From positions 1 through 64,000 of the forward strand of contig JAPMXV010000018.1 in assembly GCA_026936335.1 (NCBI GenBank): a DNA stretch of 64,000 bases, read 5' to 3'. Position numbers and translations under genes: made by a program. How positions within the stretch are numbered: position 1 is the stretch's first letter; each line of letters opens with the position of its first letter. The stretch comes from Mantamonas sphyraenae STR306 (Eukaryota; Protista; CRuMs). Below the pieces are notes generated by a model. The model saw only the letters and a list, made by a program, of their open reading frames with translations. It did no database searches and was not told the origin of the DNA. Below are positions 36,500-45,897 of the stretch, piece by piece.

Positions 36500-37483
36500 T
36501 CAATGCTCCAAGCTCACTGTGAGACCTGCGGCCACGAGGGCGTCCGAGAGGATAGCCACGCCGTCGTCAAAGTCGCGGGGCTCGTGCAGGTCAAAGTCAA
36601 CGAGTTTGCGTGTGGAGTCCATCGAGAGGGTGGGGTCGAGGGGACGGGAAGCACCCGAGGCCGACTCTGGGAGCTGATCCAGAGGTTGGATGAGGAGGAG
36701 ACGATCGTTGGAGAGGCCCAGGTGGCGGCCAATGGCGCAGACCATGTCGTACTTTGTGAGTGCGGCGTCTGCGCTGTAGTGGAGGATGCCCGCGGTCGGG
36801 TGGTCAACAAGCTGGGTGAGGAAAAGAGCGACGTCCTGGACGCAGGTTGGGTGGCGCACGTTGACGTTGTCGACGGTGGGATTGGCGTCCAGGTTGGCGA
36901 GGACCGAGGCGGCTGCACCGACTGCGCTCTCGTCGACGCTGTTGACGTCTCCGTACAGGACAGGCACGCGAAGGACGGTGGCGTTGGGGTTTGCTGCAAG
37001 GACAGCCGACTCGGCCTCGGCTTTGCTCTTGCCGTAGTCGTTGAGGGGCGTGGGCTCGTCGTCGATTTCGTATGGGGGCTGGGTGCCGTCAAAGACGTAG
37101 TCACTGCTAACAAAGACAAAGGTATCCACAAGGGCGGCGAGGGTGGCCGGTACGGTGACATTGAGCTTGTGGGCAGCTTGCGGAGACTTGATAAAGTCGT
37201 CTGGTCTGCGCATTGCGGCGAGGTGGATGATCGACGTCGGTTGGACGTCCTGGATCCACGCTGTGAGGGTGTCAATGTCCATGAGGTCCATCTTTGCGAT
37301 GCGTGCTTTGTACGTTGATTCATCCTCAGAGGAGGAGGATGACAAATGCCGACGTGGGAAGCAGGTGCGCACGTCCTCCGAGGTGAAGCTGCCGTTGCAG
37401 AGGCCAATGCAGTCCCGGTCCGCCATCGCAAACATGACTTCACGACCGAGCATTCCCGAGCATCCTGTGACGATGGTTGTCAT
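36500..37483 (-). CDS. MAT2B / RmlD-like extended short-chain dehydrogenase
   Basis: 'VTGCSGMLGR', 'IIHLAAMRRPD', 'SSDYVFDG', 'YGKSK', 'LRVPVLYG'. Confidence 0.9.
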   Translation of the reverse strand: MTTIVTGCSGMLGREVMFAMADRDCIGLCNGSFTSEDVRTCFPRRHLSSSSSEDESTYKARIAKMDLMDIDTLTAWIQDVQPTSIIHLAAMRRPDDFIKSPQAAHKLNVTVPATLAALVDTFVFVSSDYVFDGTQPPYEIDDEPTPLNDYGKSKAEAESAVLAANPNATVLRVPVLYGDVNSVDESAVGAAASVLANLDANPTVDNVNVRHPTCVQDVALFLTQLVDHPTAGILHYSADAALTKYDMVCAIGRHLGLSNDRLLLIQPLDQLPESASGASRPLDPTLSMDSTRKLVDFDLHEPRDFDDGVAILSDALVAAGLTVSLEH

Positions 37484-37519
37484 GGGAGTACGTTGTGGTG
37501 GCTGCTGCAGGGCGCCGGG

Positions 37520-39461
37520 CCACGAGCATCTGGACCTTCTGTGCCACCCTCTTGGTCTCCCTGGCTCTCTTTGCCATGTGAATGAACGTGGTTTGATGTT
37601 TGATGATGGATGCTTGATGCTTGCTGTTCCATTGCCCTCCAACCCCCCCCCCCCCCCCCCTCCACACGCACACACGTCCACATCAGCTCTCCTCCTCCGG
37701 GTCCTTGCTGCTCGGTTGTGGATCCTGGTCTGCCTCACCAGCTGCCTCCTCCTTCTCCCCTCCCTGCTCCTTCTCCTTCTCCATCTTTGCCTGCTGCTTC
37801 TTTGCCATTGCCTTTTCCTTGGCCCAGTCCTTCAGGTCCTCTCCCTCCACATCGATGATCTTGCCCACGGCAACCGTTCTGCGAAGATCCCGCAGCGAGA
37901 AGCGTCCCAGTTGCGGACAGTCCTTGAACGCCTCCACACACAGCGGCTTGGTTGGAACAAACCGCACCAGTGCGTGGTCGCCCTTCTTGATGTAGGCCGG
38001 TTCGCTGTCAATCACGTTTCCCTTGACCGGGTGGTACACCTCGATCAGCTCAGTCATCTTGCATGCAATGTGCGACGTGTGCACGTCCAGCACGGGCGTG
38101 TAGCCGGGGCGGATCCAGCCGGGGTGGTTCAGGATCACCACACGCGCCGTGAAGCTCTCGCACACTTTGGGTGCAGAGTTGTCCGCACTGCCGATCACAA
38201 AGCCGCGTTTCAGGTCCTGTGCTTTGGACAGCTGACTGCCAAAACTCACTCCCACATGCAGCCCTGCTCCAGCCTGCTTCAGATCTCGGTGGTACGACTC
38301 GATCCGCTCCACCGTCGCCGTGACCCCAGACGGTCCAACCACAACCTTCATGCCCTGCCTCAGCGTACCGGCTTCCACCCTACCCACAACCACTGTGCCC
38401 ACACCCCTGATCTTGTACACATCCTGCACGGGCATCCTCAGCGGTCGCGCCACAGCACGCTCCGGCCTCGGCTGCTCGTCCAGCGCACGCAGAAGCGTCG
38501 GTGTCTTGTTCCACTCAAACTTTTCCTGGTGGCCCGCGTACGTCAGGTTCAGTCCACGAAAAGCACTTGCTGCCACAAACGTCACGTCCTTTTCCAGGAA
38601 CCCGATCTTTTTCAGCACCTTTGCCGTTTCCTCCTTCACCTCATCATACCGCCCCTCGTCATAGAATGCTTCGTCCATCTTGTTCACCACCACAATCAGG
38701 CGATTCACACCCATTGTCAGTGCCAGCAGCGCGTGCTCTCGCGTCTGCCCGTCGCGGGAGATCCCAACCTCAAACTCGCCCCGCGCCGCAGACACAACCA
38801 GAATGCCCACGTCCGTTTGCGACAGCCCAGTCAGCAAGTTCTTTGTAAAGTCTCGACATCCCGGCGCATCAAACACCGACAGTTCGTACTTTTCCGTCTC
38901 CAGCCGATGCAGCGACCCGTTGATTGTGAGGCCGCGTGCCCTCTCGACGCTGAGCTTGTCACAGATCCACGCATAGCGATACGACCCCATGTGGTTATCG
39001 AAAGCCTCTTTACGGTACTTTTCCAACGTGCGCGCGTCCACCATTCCACACAGAGACAGAAATTGGCCCACAAGCGTCGACTTTCCACTGTCCACATGTC
39101 CCAACACCGCGACCCCCAGGTGAGGCTGCACCCACACACGTCAGCACACGTCCCCCCCACCCTCTCTCTCCGCGTCTCCCTACATGGCTGCACACAACAC
39201 ACCTTGGTCATTCCACTCTTTTTGGCCATCAACTTGGATCTTGTGTCACTCATTTGCTGATTGGGTTTGCGTGGCGGGACAAGAGCACAAACCAAACATC
39301 CTGCACATCACACTCTGTCCCACTCCTCCCTACCCATCCACCCCAGCACCCTCTCCATCACCTCATCCGGCAGGGTCCACCACTCACCACTCGCCTCGTA
39401 CCCTTCCATCCCGCCACACTCAAACATCACCTCCCTCTCTTCTCCATTCATCACCAACGCC
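37520..39461 (-). repeat. Segmental inverted duplication, copy 2
   Basis: Reverse complement of 28346-30297; carries only the last ~20 codons of the 30236 gene. Confidence 0.97.
37683..39229 (-). CDS. Divergent EF-1alpha-like translational GTPase, copy 2
   Basis: Same structure as copy 1 (intron 39126-39202); G2 region reads ERARGLTI; DAPGCRDF retained. Confidence 0.93.
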
Positions 39462-39462
39462 A
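39308..39462 (-). pseudogene. 3' half of a host ORF interrupted by the Fanzor element (5' half at 45543-~45900)
   Basis: 'ALVMNGEEREVMFECGGMEGYEASGEWWTLPDEVMERVLGW' continues in frame from 'GGKETAGLE' on the far side of the insertion. Confidence 0.75.
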
Positions 39463-42400
39463 GTTGAGCGCGCTTTTGCAGGTACACGCACAGGGGCAAT
39501 AAAGTATTGAAACAGCCACATGTCCTTGTCATGTCGGTGCTCCATGGTGTGCTTGCTCAATCGATAGTCCCTCAGCAGGGATTGCAGCGGTTGAAACCCG
39601 CTGCAACCCCTCCTGGAAATGAACTCAGTGTCGTACGAATCGTCCATGTCATCTACGTACGTCTCTACCGTGCACACTCGCGCCTGGGTTCGTACCCATT
39701 GCATGGAAAAGACAATACCAGCGTGGAGACTGGGATCCCCTGGTAGTGCGTCCCCATCACCTGAACCTGCGGCTACCCGTTGATTCCAATGCACTTGGCC
39801 GCACACCCCTCTATTCACCTGCTGCACCGGCGTGTATTAGCTCGCCGTCTGATTGAGCAGCGGGTTCGCAGCCCGAGCAGAACCAACGTAGCGACACTCT
39901 GTGCCAGGTATGGTCCTCACGCGTGGAGACCACCGTCGCGACGCGTCCAAAAAGTACAATTGCAACCTTTCGGATGTTGAGATGGACGCTGCCTGGATAC
40001 ACGACGAGTACAGGGCAAACGGAAAGTCACCGCCAAGAGTGCAAATTCACCCGTCCGCCTTCCACTTCCTGTGCCATACAACAGGCAAATCGCATCGCTG
40101 TCGGGTTCCCATTGCATCGGAGGAGCATTTCCGTGTGGTTCTGAGGCTGATGCGGTATGCAATTAGCACCTTGACCCGGTATAGGGTCGACACAGAGGGC
40201 GCGCTGCAGTTCCAGCTGGTTTGTGCGCTTCTGTCGCTGGTGGCTGGTGTCGGGGTGTATGATGTCCCCCAGAAGACTCTGCACATGTTCAAGCGGCACT
40301 CTACCATCATCACCACCACCCCAATCATCATGGAAGCGGCCTACAGTGCGTCCGACGTCGCGCACAACACGGAAAATGCAACGTCTGCTCTGAAACGCGC
40401 AGTTTGTGACGCAGCACAGAGCGGAGCCCTGTGTCGCGACTGCGGTTGGGTTACTGAAACCGGCCTCTACACGGGTGACCAGTTGACGGCTCTGGCCGAG
40501 ACGCTCTCGGCTGAAACGGAGCGCAAGTTCGAGATTGAAACATGCGTTTCTCCAAGGCACCCTATACCGGGCAGCCACGTCTCTTCCTGTTTCAACATGA
40601 CCCAACGCACGGATCCCAACACGCGTCCCGTCGTCCACATGGCGGACAGTCTGAGCACTCGCGAAATGCGCGACGGGTTCGGCGGGAAGAAGCGCAATCC
40701 TGCACATCAGCCTCAGGTGTCAGCGGGCGAAACGCACCATTGCACGCAATTGTTTGTGTTGCACGTGGAAGACATGATCGTACGCCACATGGCAGCTGCA
40801 TCTGCTCCCGCGAAACCCAGCTCCCCCCTGGACAGGGCACCTGCAGGTTCGTCAACGCCACTCTGCACCTCAAGCACATCCAGCTCCTCCTCCTCCTCCT
40901 CTTCTTCTTCTTCTTCCTCCTCCTCCTCCTCATCGTCATCAGTGCTGGACAAGGCCGTGGATTCCTTTTGCGACGAGCTGGATGAGTTGCGAGGTCGATT
41001 CAACTTGGTTCCGGACACGGTCACACTCTATCTCCACAGCAACACCGTGGCTTCGGTGGACACGACTCTGGCCCAGTTCAACAGGAGGGAACTGGTTTTG
41101 GAAGCCGAACTTGCGCACAAGTTTGACATCTCGGTGTCTCACGTCCACACTGCAGTCAAGCAGAGGTGCGAGCAGAGAGGCGTGAAGGTTGTTGAGCATA
41201 CTGCCGCAACGTCAAGGTGCCTCCGGGATGCTTGTGACGGTGAAACCTTGCTGTGGTGCCCAACCAACGATGGGACTGTGCTTCGGGCCGGTATTTGGGT
41301 CAACGCACAAGGCGATGCCATCAGACTGATCCAAGACGACCATGCCGAAAGGCTTGTCTGCGCAATCCTCTGTGGCTCGACGACTCTGGATGTGTCGATG
41401 TCATTGGTGGGCGAGACGCACAAGGCGGTGGACATGGTGCGAGCTGGCGGTCTGCTGAATCTCAAATCTGTGACCAAAACCGCAGGGTTGAGCAGGTTGC
41501 GCAAGCCAGAGAGAGACCAGCTGCACGCTGAGACCGTCCGAGCCATGTGCTCCGTGCTTAGTTCGGCTGCCCTGGACCGTGTCAACGAGCGTCTGACCGA
41601 ACATCTCACCCACACGACACTGGCTTCGTGCTCCCTGGACGGCCAGGGCGAGGACGAGGTGTCCATCCAGGGCACAGAGTGTCTCCTGGAAGCGATGCGT
41701 GCCATGCCACCGAGGGCAGCTGGAGTCATGGCCGACCTGCTTCGCCGATTCCCGCATGGAACACGCGTGCGGGATGTGATTGCTCTGGTGCACGAAGCAG
41801 TGGAAGCACAGCCGACAGAGCGACCATCTGTCGGTGTCAGCCGTACCTGCGTTTTTGTGCGCCGCAGGATGGTTCATGGGCGGACCCTCCACCTGTTCCT
41901 CGAGCAGGACTCCATCGAGTGCGGGTCACTTTTGCAAGCAATGGGTGTCCAACACGTGTTGGACGCACTGAATGGTGCTCAGCTGGAGGAGTGGGCATGC
42001 GTCATCCGCCGTTTGGTGCAAGCAGAACAGGACCTCGTGTCAATCGCCAAGGCAGAGGCCGATGCCACGGAGTACGTGGAACAAGATACCTGGAACGAGT
42101 TTTTGGCAGCACTGGACAAATTCGAGGAATCAAATGCACTGACGCAAAGGTTCAGCCAGTCGACGACCAAACTCGACTCGGCAACGATCGAGCAGCTGCG
42201 TGCGTCTGCCCCGAAGGCCAGCAAGGTGCTCTCCTTGCCCACAGGAGTGAAGCTGATGCGCATTGTTCCGCACAAACCCAAGAAGCCAAAGGCAGAACGG
42301 CCGCTGCTGAGCGAGTCGTGGCCGGACTTCTTGAGCGACAAGCTGGGACGCATTGTCAAGGGTGTCGCAAACGCGACTGTGACACACACAGACGTCCTCA

Positions 42401-45400
42401 CAAGCAAGACTGTCAAGTTTACGCGAAGCAAAGGCCAGGTGAGGCAGGTGGAGCACGGCAGCGAGCCGCTGGCAGGCATGGCGGCCGAAGTGCAAGATGC
42501 GGATCGACGTGGGTACGAAAAGCAGCGGCACGAGCTGCTTCTCCACTTGGACGGCATTCTTCCAAACTCCTCAAGCAAGGAAGAAGATGTGACGGAAGAG
42601 GGGGAGGGGAAGGAGAAGGAGACGAGTGAGGGGAAGGGGAAGGGGAAGGCGGCGGTGGAAGCGATGGACACCCAGTGCGAACTGCCTGCCGTGCTGGCGA
42701 AGGACGAGCAGTTGGAGGCCGTGGAAACGCTGGAGGAGATGGAAGAAGACGATCAACAGCGCCGGATCGAGGACATCGAGCGCATTGACACGCGGCTCAA
42801 CTCGGTGCAGGGATGTGCCAGCTTTGAACAGCTCGTCGATGCCCTGCTACAGCTCAAAGACACCGTGTCAAGTGGACAAGAAGAGTATCCCAAGGCACGC
42901 GTGGACGGTATCTGGGAGGCAACGGGTGCAGCGAGGTTTCGGCATGATTTCGACTTGATGATGACAACAATCGAATTCGCGTTGCGAGAGTTTGTCCGCC
43001 TGTACGCAATCCGAGCCGGACTCGCAAGCAACTACAAACAGGCAGACGCCCTATTGTCGAGACTGACAAACATCAAGATCAAGGGACGGAAGCGCCGGTT
43101 GATGCAAGAGGTTGCGGTTGACGCACAATGCGAGGAAGAAGAGGATGAGGATGAGGAGTACATGGAGGACGATGATGACGCAGTTGACGAGGAGCAGGAG
43201 GAACAGGAAGAGCAGGAGCAAGAAGAGCTGGAGGAGCAGGAGGAGCAGGAACAGAAAGAGCTGGAGGAGCAGGAGGAACAGAAAGAGCTGGAGGAGCAAG
43301 AAGAGCTGGAGCAGGAGACAAAGGGGGCCATCGTGACGCAGGAGATCATCACATTTGCCAACAAGTGGGGAAACTTCATCCGTGGCCTTCAGCGCCTCCA
43401 GCGAGGGAGAGCGGTGGACACTCTGGTGTGGCCGGAAAAGACCACCATCATGGGGAATGCATCGTCCCGCGAAACGATACGCGCACGTCTGTGTCTGCTG
43501 GCTCTGGTGCTGGCAAACGTGGTGTTTGCCACACGTGGTGTGAATCTCAAACATGCCGACCTGTCCAGCTTCGCCATGGCCACATGGCTGGCACGCAGGG
43601 CCGGTGGCCGCCAGCGACGATTTCTGCCAGCCCCCCGCCGAACATCAGCCCCCCACACCATTGCGTCTGCCCAGCGTGGGCTCGACGTCGCTCTGCTTCA
43701 ACGCGAGGAAACCTCTTTGCTGTACGTACATTTCAAAAAAGCCGTGGATGCAGTCATGAGTGCTACGGACGACAAAGTGCAGCGCCAGCTGCTTTGGGAG
43801 CTGAAAGCGGAAATGCTCGCGGGGCTACAGGAGCTTCCTGAGCACATTCGACTGGCGTGCCATGCCGCTTCGTTGGTGGACTACAATCTCTGTCTTCGGA
43901 GCGACGACAAATTGCGCCAGGACGAGTTGCTCGTGTACCACGATCTGATTCGCGATCTTGCCGTTGGTCCCCGTGGAACAAACCCGTTCCTCCGCGCCCA
44001 ACTGGCCAATGATCTCATTTTCAAGGGTGACCGCGTCGCATCGACACGATACAAACCACAGGCGTGGAGCTTCCAAGATTTGCATACTCTGCCCGAGTCG
44101 TCAGCGAGCAAAAGGCGGGTTGGGCTTGGAGACGACACAAACGCAGCCGTGCCTTTTTTCAACTCCCTTGTCCACTGGGCTGACAACAGAACGGACACAA
44201 TCAGCTCTCACAAGCTCTGCACCATTGGCTACAACATGTGGAGGGAGTTTGGAAATGATTGGAGCCAGATTCTCACAGCCGCATTGAATGCGCAGCTGGC
44301 GGATCGTGAGGCGGCCCAACTCATCGACCGTGTGGTGAGCACTATCAAGGACCATGCTCCCCCTTGTTTGCAGAAGCTAAAGGATGCAATGGAGGCACGT
44401 GACCTGGACAAAGAAACGCAAGGGCAGCTGGAGGAAGCGTGGGACGACATTGAGAAATCCATGCGAGGAAAACCCGCGAGCAAACAACTTGCACTGTCGA
44501 CGTCGTGGTGGCCGCGCACCGGCGTGGCGAACGTGGAGGAACCGTCGTCCGCATCGTCGTCGTCGTCTGCATCATCGTCGTCGTCTGCATCGTCGTCGTC
44601 GTCGTCGTCCTCGGACACAACAATGATGACACGCTGGGCATCCAGTGTTCATGGGTTGTGTGCAGGCTATGATCCAGGTGTGTACCAGCACATTGGTGCC
44701 CTCGTTTTGTACTTTGACAGCGTTACGGTGTCCGAGAAGAACGGCGTTTTGTGCATCAGCTACGCGCTCACATTCGACATCAAAGGTACAAATGTTCGCT
44801 ACGAGCAGAGGCGATCGGGTCATGCAGAGATCTCCAACAAGCTCAGCAAGCTGGGCAAGCAGCTTTCCAACGCTGCGAACGCAGCAAAACGTTTGGAAAT
44901 CAACGAGGAGATGAACACGCTGGCGCACGACTTGAAGCCAATTCAAGAGCATATGGCGCGGTTAATCAAACACGGAAGCGCAGCAGTGATGGCTGACCTC
45001 CAACGACAGTGCAACCACCGAATTCATGTCGGATACGGAGCAGCGCCCGTTGTAGCAAGCGTGCCTGTGCGTACGGATGCCGCCCAACTGGCCTGTGTCT
45101 CCACAGTCACCCTGACGCACGAACCGCAAACATCCAAACACTCTGCGTACGACTGTAAAGCCGTTCGAAAGCATGCTTGGAGCGTGGACAAGAGTGGGTC
45201 ACGGAACGATCGGTGGTATGTGCACGACGTGGCCAGCAAGACGCTGCGAGACGGAGAGGAGTGGGTGGCGCACAAGGACCGCAGTGCTGCCATCAACATC
45301 GCCAACAAATGCCATGCAGCTCGTCGGTGTGGTGTCGAGCTGTGGCTATTCACGTGGGTCTGGAGCAGCAATCGGGGGCATCTACAAGAGGCGGCCCGCA

Positions 45401-45542
45401 AGGCCATGCATGATGGACAAGATGCAGGCCATGGGGGTCAAAATGTCCAAGTGGTGTTGTAGATGATTGTTGTGGTGAAATACTTGTGAAAACTAGCGCC
45501 TGTATGCGGCGCGAGGTGATTTGCAAAATACAATCATCAACC
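39463..45542 (+). mobile_element. ~6.08-kb Fanzor-encoding insertion element with degenerate terminal inverted repeats; ends uncertain by a few to ~14 nt
   Basis: Removal restores the host frame (GLE-V-ALVM). Termini GTTGA...TCAAC(C) with further collinear inverted blocks; single giant RuvC ORF; 3' hairpin. Confidence 0.82.
39901..45462 (+). CDS. Giant Fanzor1-like (TnpB-derived) RuvC nuclease, 1853 aa (first ATG at 39910)
   Basis: RuvC-I 'AGYDPG' (D1591, nt 44671); helical bridge region; 'IHVGYGAA..SVPVR...V.LTHEPQTSK' with rearranged catalytic E1741 (nt 45121); RuvC-III 'KDRSAAINI' (D1793, nt 45277). Confidence 0.88.
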   Translation: MPGMVLTRGDHRRDASKKYNCNLSDVEMDAAWIHDEYRANGKSPPRVQIHPSAFHFLCHTTGKSHRCRVPIASEEHFRVVLRLMRYAISTLTRYRVDTEGALQFQLVCALLSLVAGVGVYDVPQKTLHMFKRHSTIITTTPIIMEAAYSASDVAHNTENATSALKRAVCDAAQSGALCRDCGWVTETGLYTGDQLTALAETLSAETERKFEIETCVSPRHPIPGSHVSSCFNMTQRTDPNTRPVVHMADSLSTREMRDGFGGKKRNPAHQPQVSAGETHHCTQLFVLHVEDMIVRHMAAASAPAKPSSPLDRAPAGSSTPLCTSSTSSSSSSSSSSSSSSSSSSSSSVLDKAVDSFCDELDELRGRFNLVPDTVTLYLHSNTVASVDTTLAQFNRRELVLEAELAHKFDISVSHVHTAVKQRCEQRGVKVVEHTAATSRCLRDACDGETLLWCPTNDGTVLRAGIWVNAQGDAIRLIQDDHAERLVCAILCGSTTLDVSMSLVGETHKAVDMVRAGGLLNLKSVTKTAGLSRLRKPERDQLHAETVRAMCSVLSSAALDRVNERLTEHLTHTTLASCSLDGQGEDEVSIQGTECLLEAMRAMPPRAAGVMADLLRRFPHGTRVRDVIALVHEAVEAQPTERPSVGVSRTCVFVRRRMVHGRTLHLFLEQDSIECGSLLQAMGVQHVLDALNGAQLEEWACVIRRLVQAEQDLVSIAKAEADATEYVEQDTWNEFLAALDKFEESNALTQRFSQSTTKLDSATIEQLRASAPKASKVLSLPTGVKLMRIVPHKPKKPKAERPLLSESWPDFLSDKLGRIVKGVANATVTHTDVLTSKTVKFTRSKGQVRQVEHGSEPLAGMAAEVQDADRRGYEKQRHELLLHLDGILPNSSSKEEDVTEEGEGKEKETSEGKGKGKAAVEAMDTQCELPAVLAKDEQLEAVETLEEMEEDDQQRRIEDIERIDTRLNSVQGCASFEQLVDALLQLKDTVSSGQEEYPKARVDGIWEATGAARFRHDFDLMMTTIEFALREFVRLYAIRAGLASNYKQADALLSRLTNIKIKGRKRRLMQEVAVDAQCEEEEDEDEEYMEDDDDAVDEEQEEQEEQEQEELEEQEEQEQKELEEQEEQKELEEQEELEQETKGAIVTQEIITFANKWGNFIRGLQRLQRGRAVDTLVWPEKTTIMGNASSRETIRARLCLLALVLANVVFATRGVNLKHADLSSFAMATWLARRAGGRQRRFLPAPRRTSAPHTIASAQRGLDVALLQREETSLLYVHFKKAVDAVMSATDDKVQRQLLWELKAEMLAGLQELPEHIRLACHAASLVDYNLCLRSDDKLRQDELLVYHDLIRDLAVGPRGTNPFLRAQLANDLIFKGDRVASTRYKPQAWSFQDLHTLPESSASKRRVGLGDDTNAAVPFFNSLVHWADNRTDTISSHKLCTIGYNMWREFGNDWSQILTAALNAQLADREAAQLIDRVVSTIKDHAPPCLQKLKDAMEARDLDKETQGQLEEAWDDIEKSMRGKPASKQLALSTSWWPRTGVANVEEPSSASSSSSASSSSSASSSSSSSSDTTMMTRWASSVHGLCAGYDPGVYQHIGALVLYFDSVTVSEKNGVLCISYALTFDIKGTNVRYEQRRSGHAEISNKLSKLGKQLSNAANAAKRLEINEEMNTLAHDLKPIQEHMARLIKHGSAAVMADLQRQCNHRIHVGYGAAPVVASVPVRTDAAQLACVSTVTLTHEPQTSKHSAYDCKAVRKHAWSVDKSGSRNDRWYVHDVASKTLRDGEEWVAHKDRSAAINIANKCHAARRCGVELWLFTWVWSSNRGHLQEAARKAMHDGQDAGHGGQNVQVVL

Positions 45543-45562
45543 CTTCCAGCCCGGCCGTCTCC
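45462..45562 (+). ncRNA. Predicted omegaRNA: ~80-nt scaffold (45462-45542) plus flank-derived guide
   Basis: GATGATTGT (45462-70) pairs with ACAATCATC (45530-38); inner GCGCC/GGCGC hairpin (45496-45512); TGAAATACTT/AGGTGATTTGCA bulged stem. Lies between the stop codon and the element end. Confidence 0.7.
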
Positions 45563-45897
45563 TTTCCCCCCACACACACACGCAGCCTCTGCACGTTTCC
45601 ACACTCGACCACCGCTCTGGCCAATCGTGCCACCAAATCATCAGTCACAACACCCCTCTCCACGATCACCCACTGCACTTCTTCATGTCAGCTCATGGGC
45701 TTGCCCGTCAGTGCCTAGTGCACAAAGTTGGTGATCACACGTCTCCGCTCACCCACCAAATTCCCACCGCCCCTTCCTCACCTCATCTTCCTTCTTCCTC
45801 CCGAGCCATTCCTTCTCCCACTCCTCTCCTTCTCCCTCGCGCTCATGATCCCTCAGAAGCTTCACAAGCTCCCAATCAGAGTGATACCCCAGGAAAT

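Noticed and set aside
39645-39680. 'VIYVR' plus a shifted 'VST', resembling an IS607 serine-recombinase YxRVS motif inside the element's left end
   Set aside because: It needs a 2-nt indel, and no downstream serine-recombinase motifs (DxGSG, DRLxR) appear in any frame; probably chance.
39463-45542. Classification as a Helitron, DDE transposon or IS607
   Set aside because: No TC...CTRR ends at an AT site, no clear TSD, and no Rep/helicase, DDE or serine-recombinase ORF; superfamily left unassigned.
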